A stretch of 64,000 bases of DNA from Camelus ferus. Lineage: Eukaryota. Below, in pieces: positions 63,822 to 64,000 of the stretch. The stretch is from the NCBI RefSeq assembly GCF_009834535.1, contig NC_045707.1, positions 60,204,001-60,268,000 of the forward strand, given 5' to 3'. Numbering within the stretch: position 1 is the first letter of the stretch; every line of letters begins with the position of its first letter. Under the pieces are notes generated by a model. It was not told where the DNA came from. It did not search any database and saw only the letters and a program-made list of their open reading frames with translations. A program made the position numbers and the translations under genes.

Positions 63822-63949
63822 TAGGCTTCTAATATTTATTATAATAAATGTACTATAGGAACATAAATCCTGATTCATATATTTTAATTTACAAATCTAT
63901 CAGTTTGATTCATGGAGTCATTTTTCTGTCCAATCACATTAAATTACAT

Positions 63950-64000
63950 CAATAGACTCACAGACACAGAAAACAAACTTGTGGTTATGGGGGAGGGGGG
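63950..64000 (+). mobile_element. Start of an artiodactyl/camelid L1 3' UTR fragment, runs off the window
   Basis: atagactcacagacacagaaaacaaacttgtggttatgggggagggggg, homologous to 55635-55680. Confidence 0.7.

Noticed and set aside
1..64000. Novel multi-gene system, CRISPR array or prokaryote-style locus
   Set aside because: The DNA is mammalian and repeat-rich. The longest ORF is 134 aa, there are no regularly spaced repeat-spacer units, and no ORF resembles a non-transposon protein I recognise.

Overview
Mammalian nuclear DNA, AT-rich and CpG-depleted by eye. It is almost certainly camelid (alpaca, vicuna, llama or camel), because it carries four tRNA-derived Vic-1-type SINEs. I found no protein-coding gene, functional RNA gene, CRISPR array or operon-like system. 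The ORFs in the track are chance ORFs or decayed LINE-1 ORF1/ORF2 pieces. The window is a mosaic of old eutherian repeats (L2, MIR, L3/CR1, MaLR/ERVL LTRs, hAT MITEs, old L1s) and younger artiodactyl/camelid insertions (L1, ERV1 LTRs, Vic-1, a U6 retrocopy). Between them lie several repeat-poor blocks that may be enhancers. The most unusual items are: (1) a 252-bp internal L1 fragment with no poly(A) tail, flanked by a 17-bp target-site duplication (TSD) inside an MLT1 LTR; (2) a short tandem repeat that builds a cluster of steroid-receptor and SOX motifs next to two nested ERV1 LTRs; (3) a full-length dead U6 retrocopy with TSD; (4) a local template-switch signature. I cannot support a previously undescribed biological system here. 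Repeat family and subfamily names come from recalled consensus sequences, not a database search, and boundaries of old repeats are approximate.
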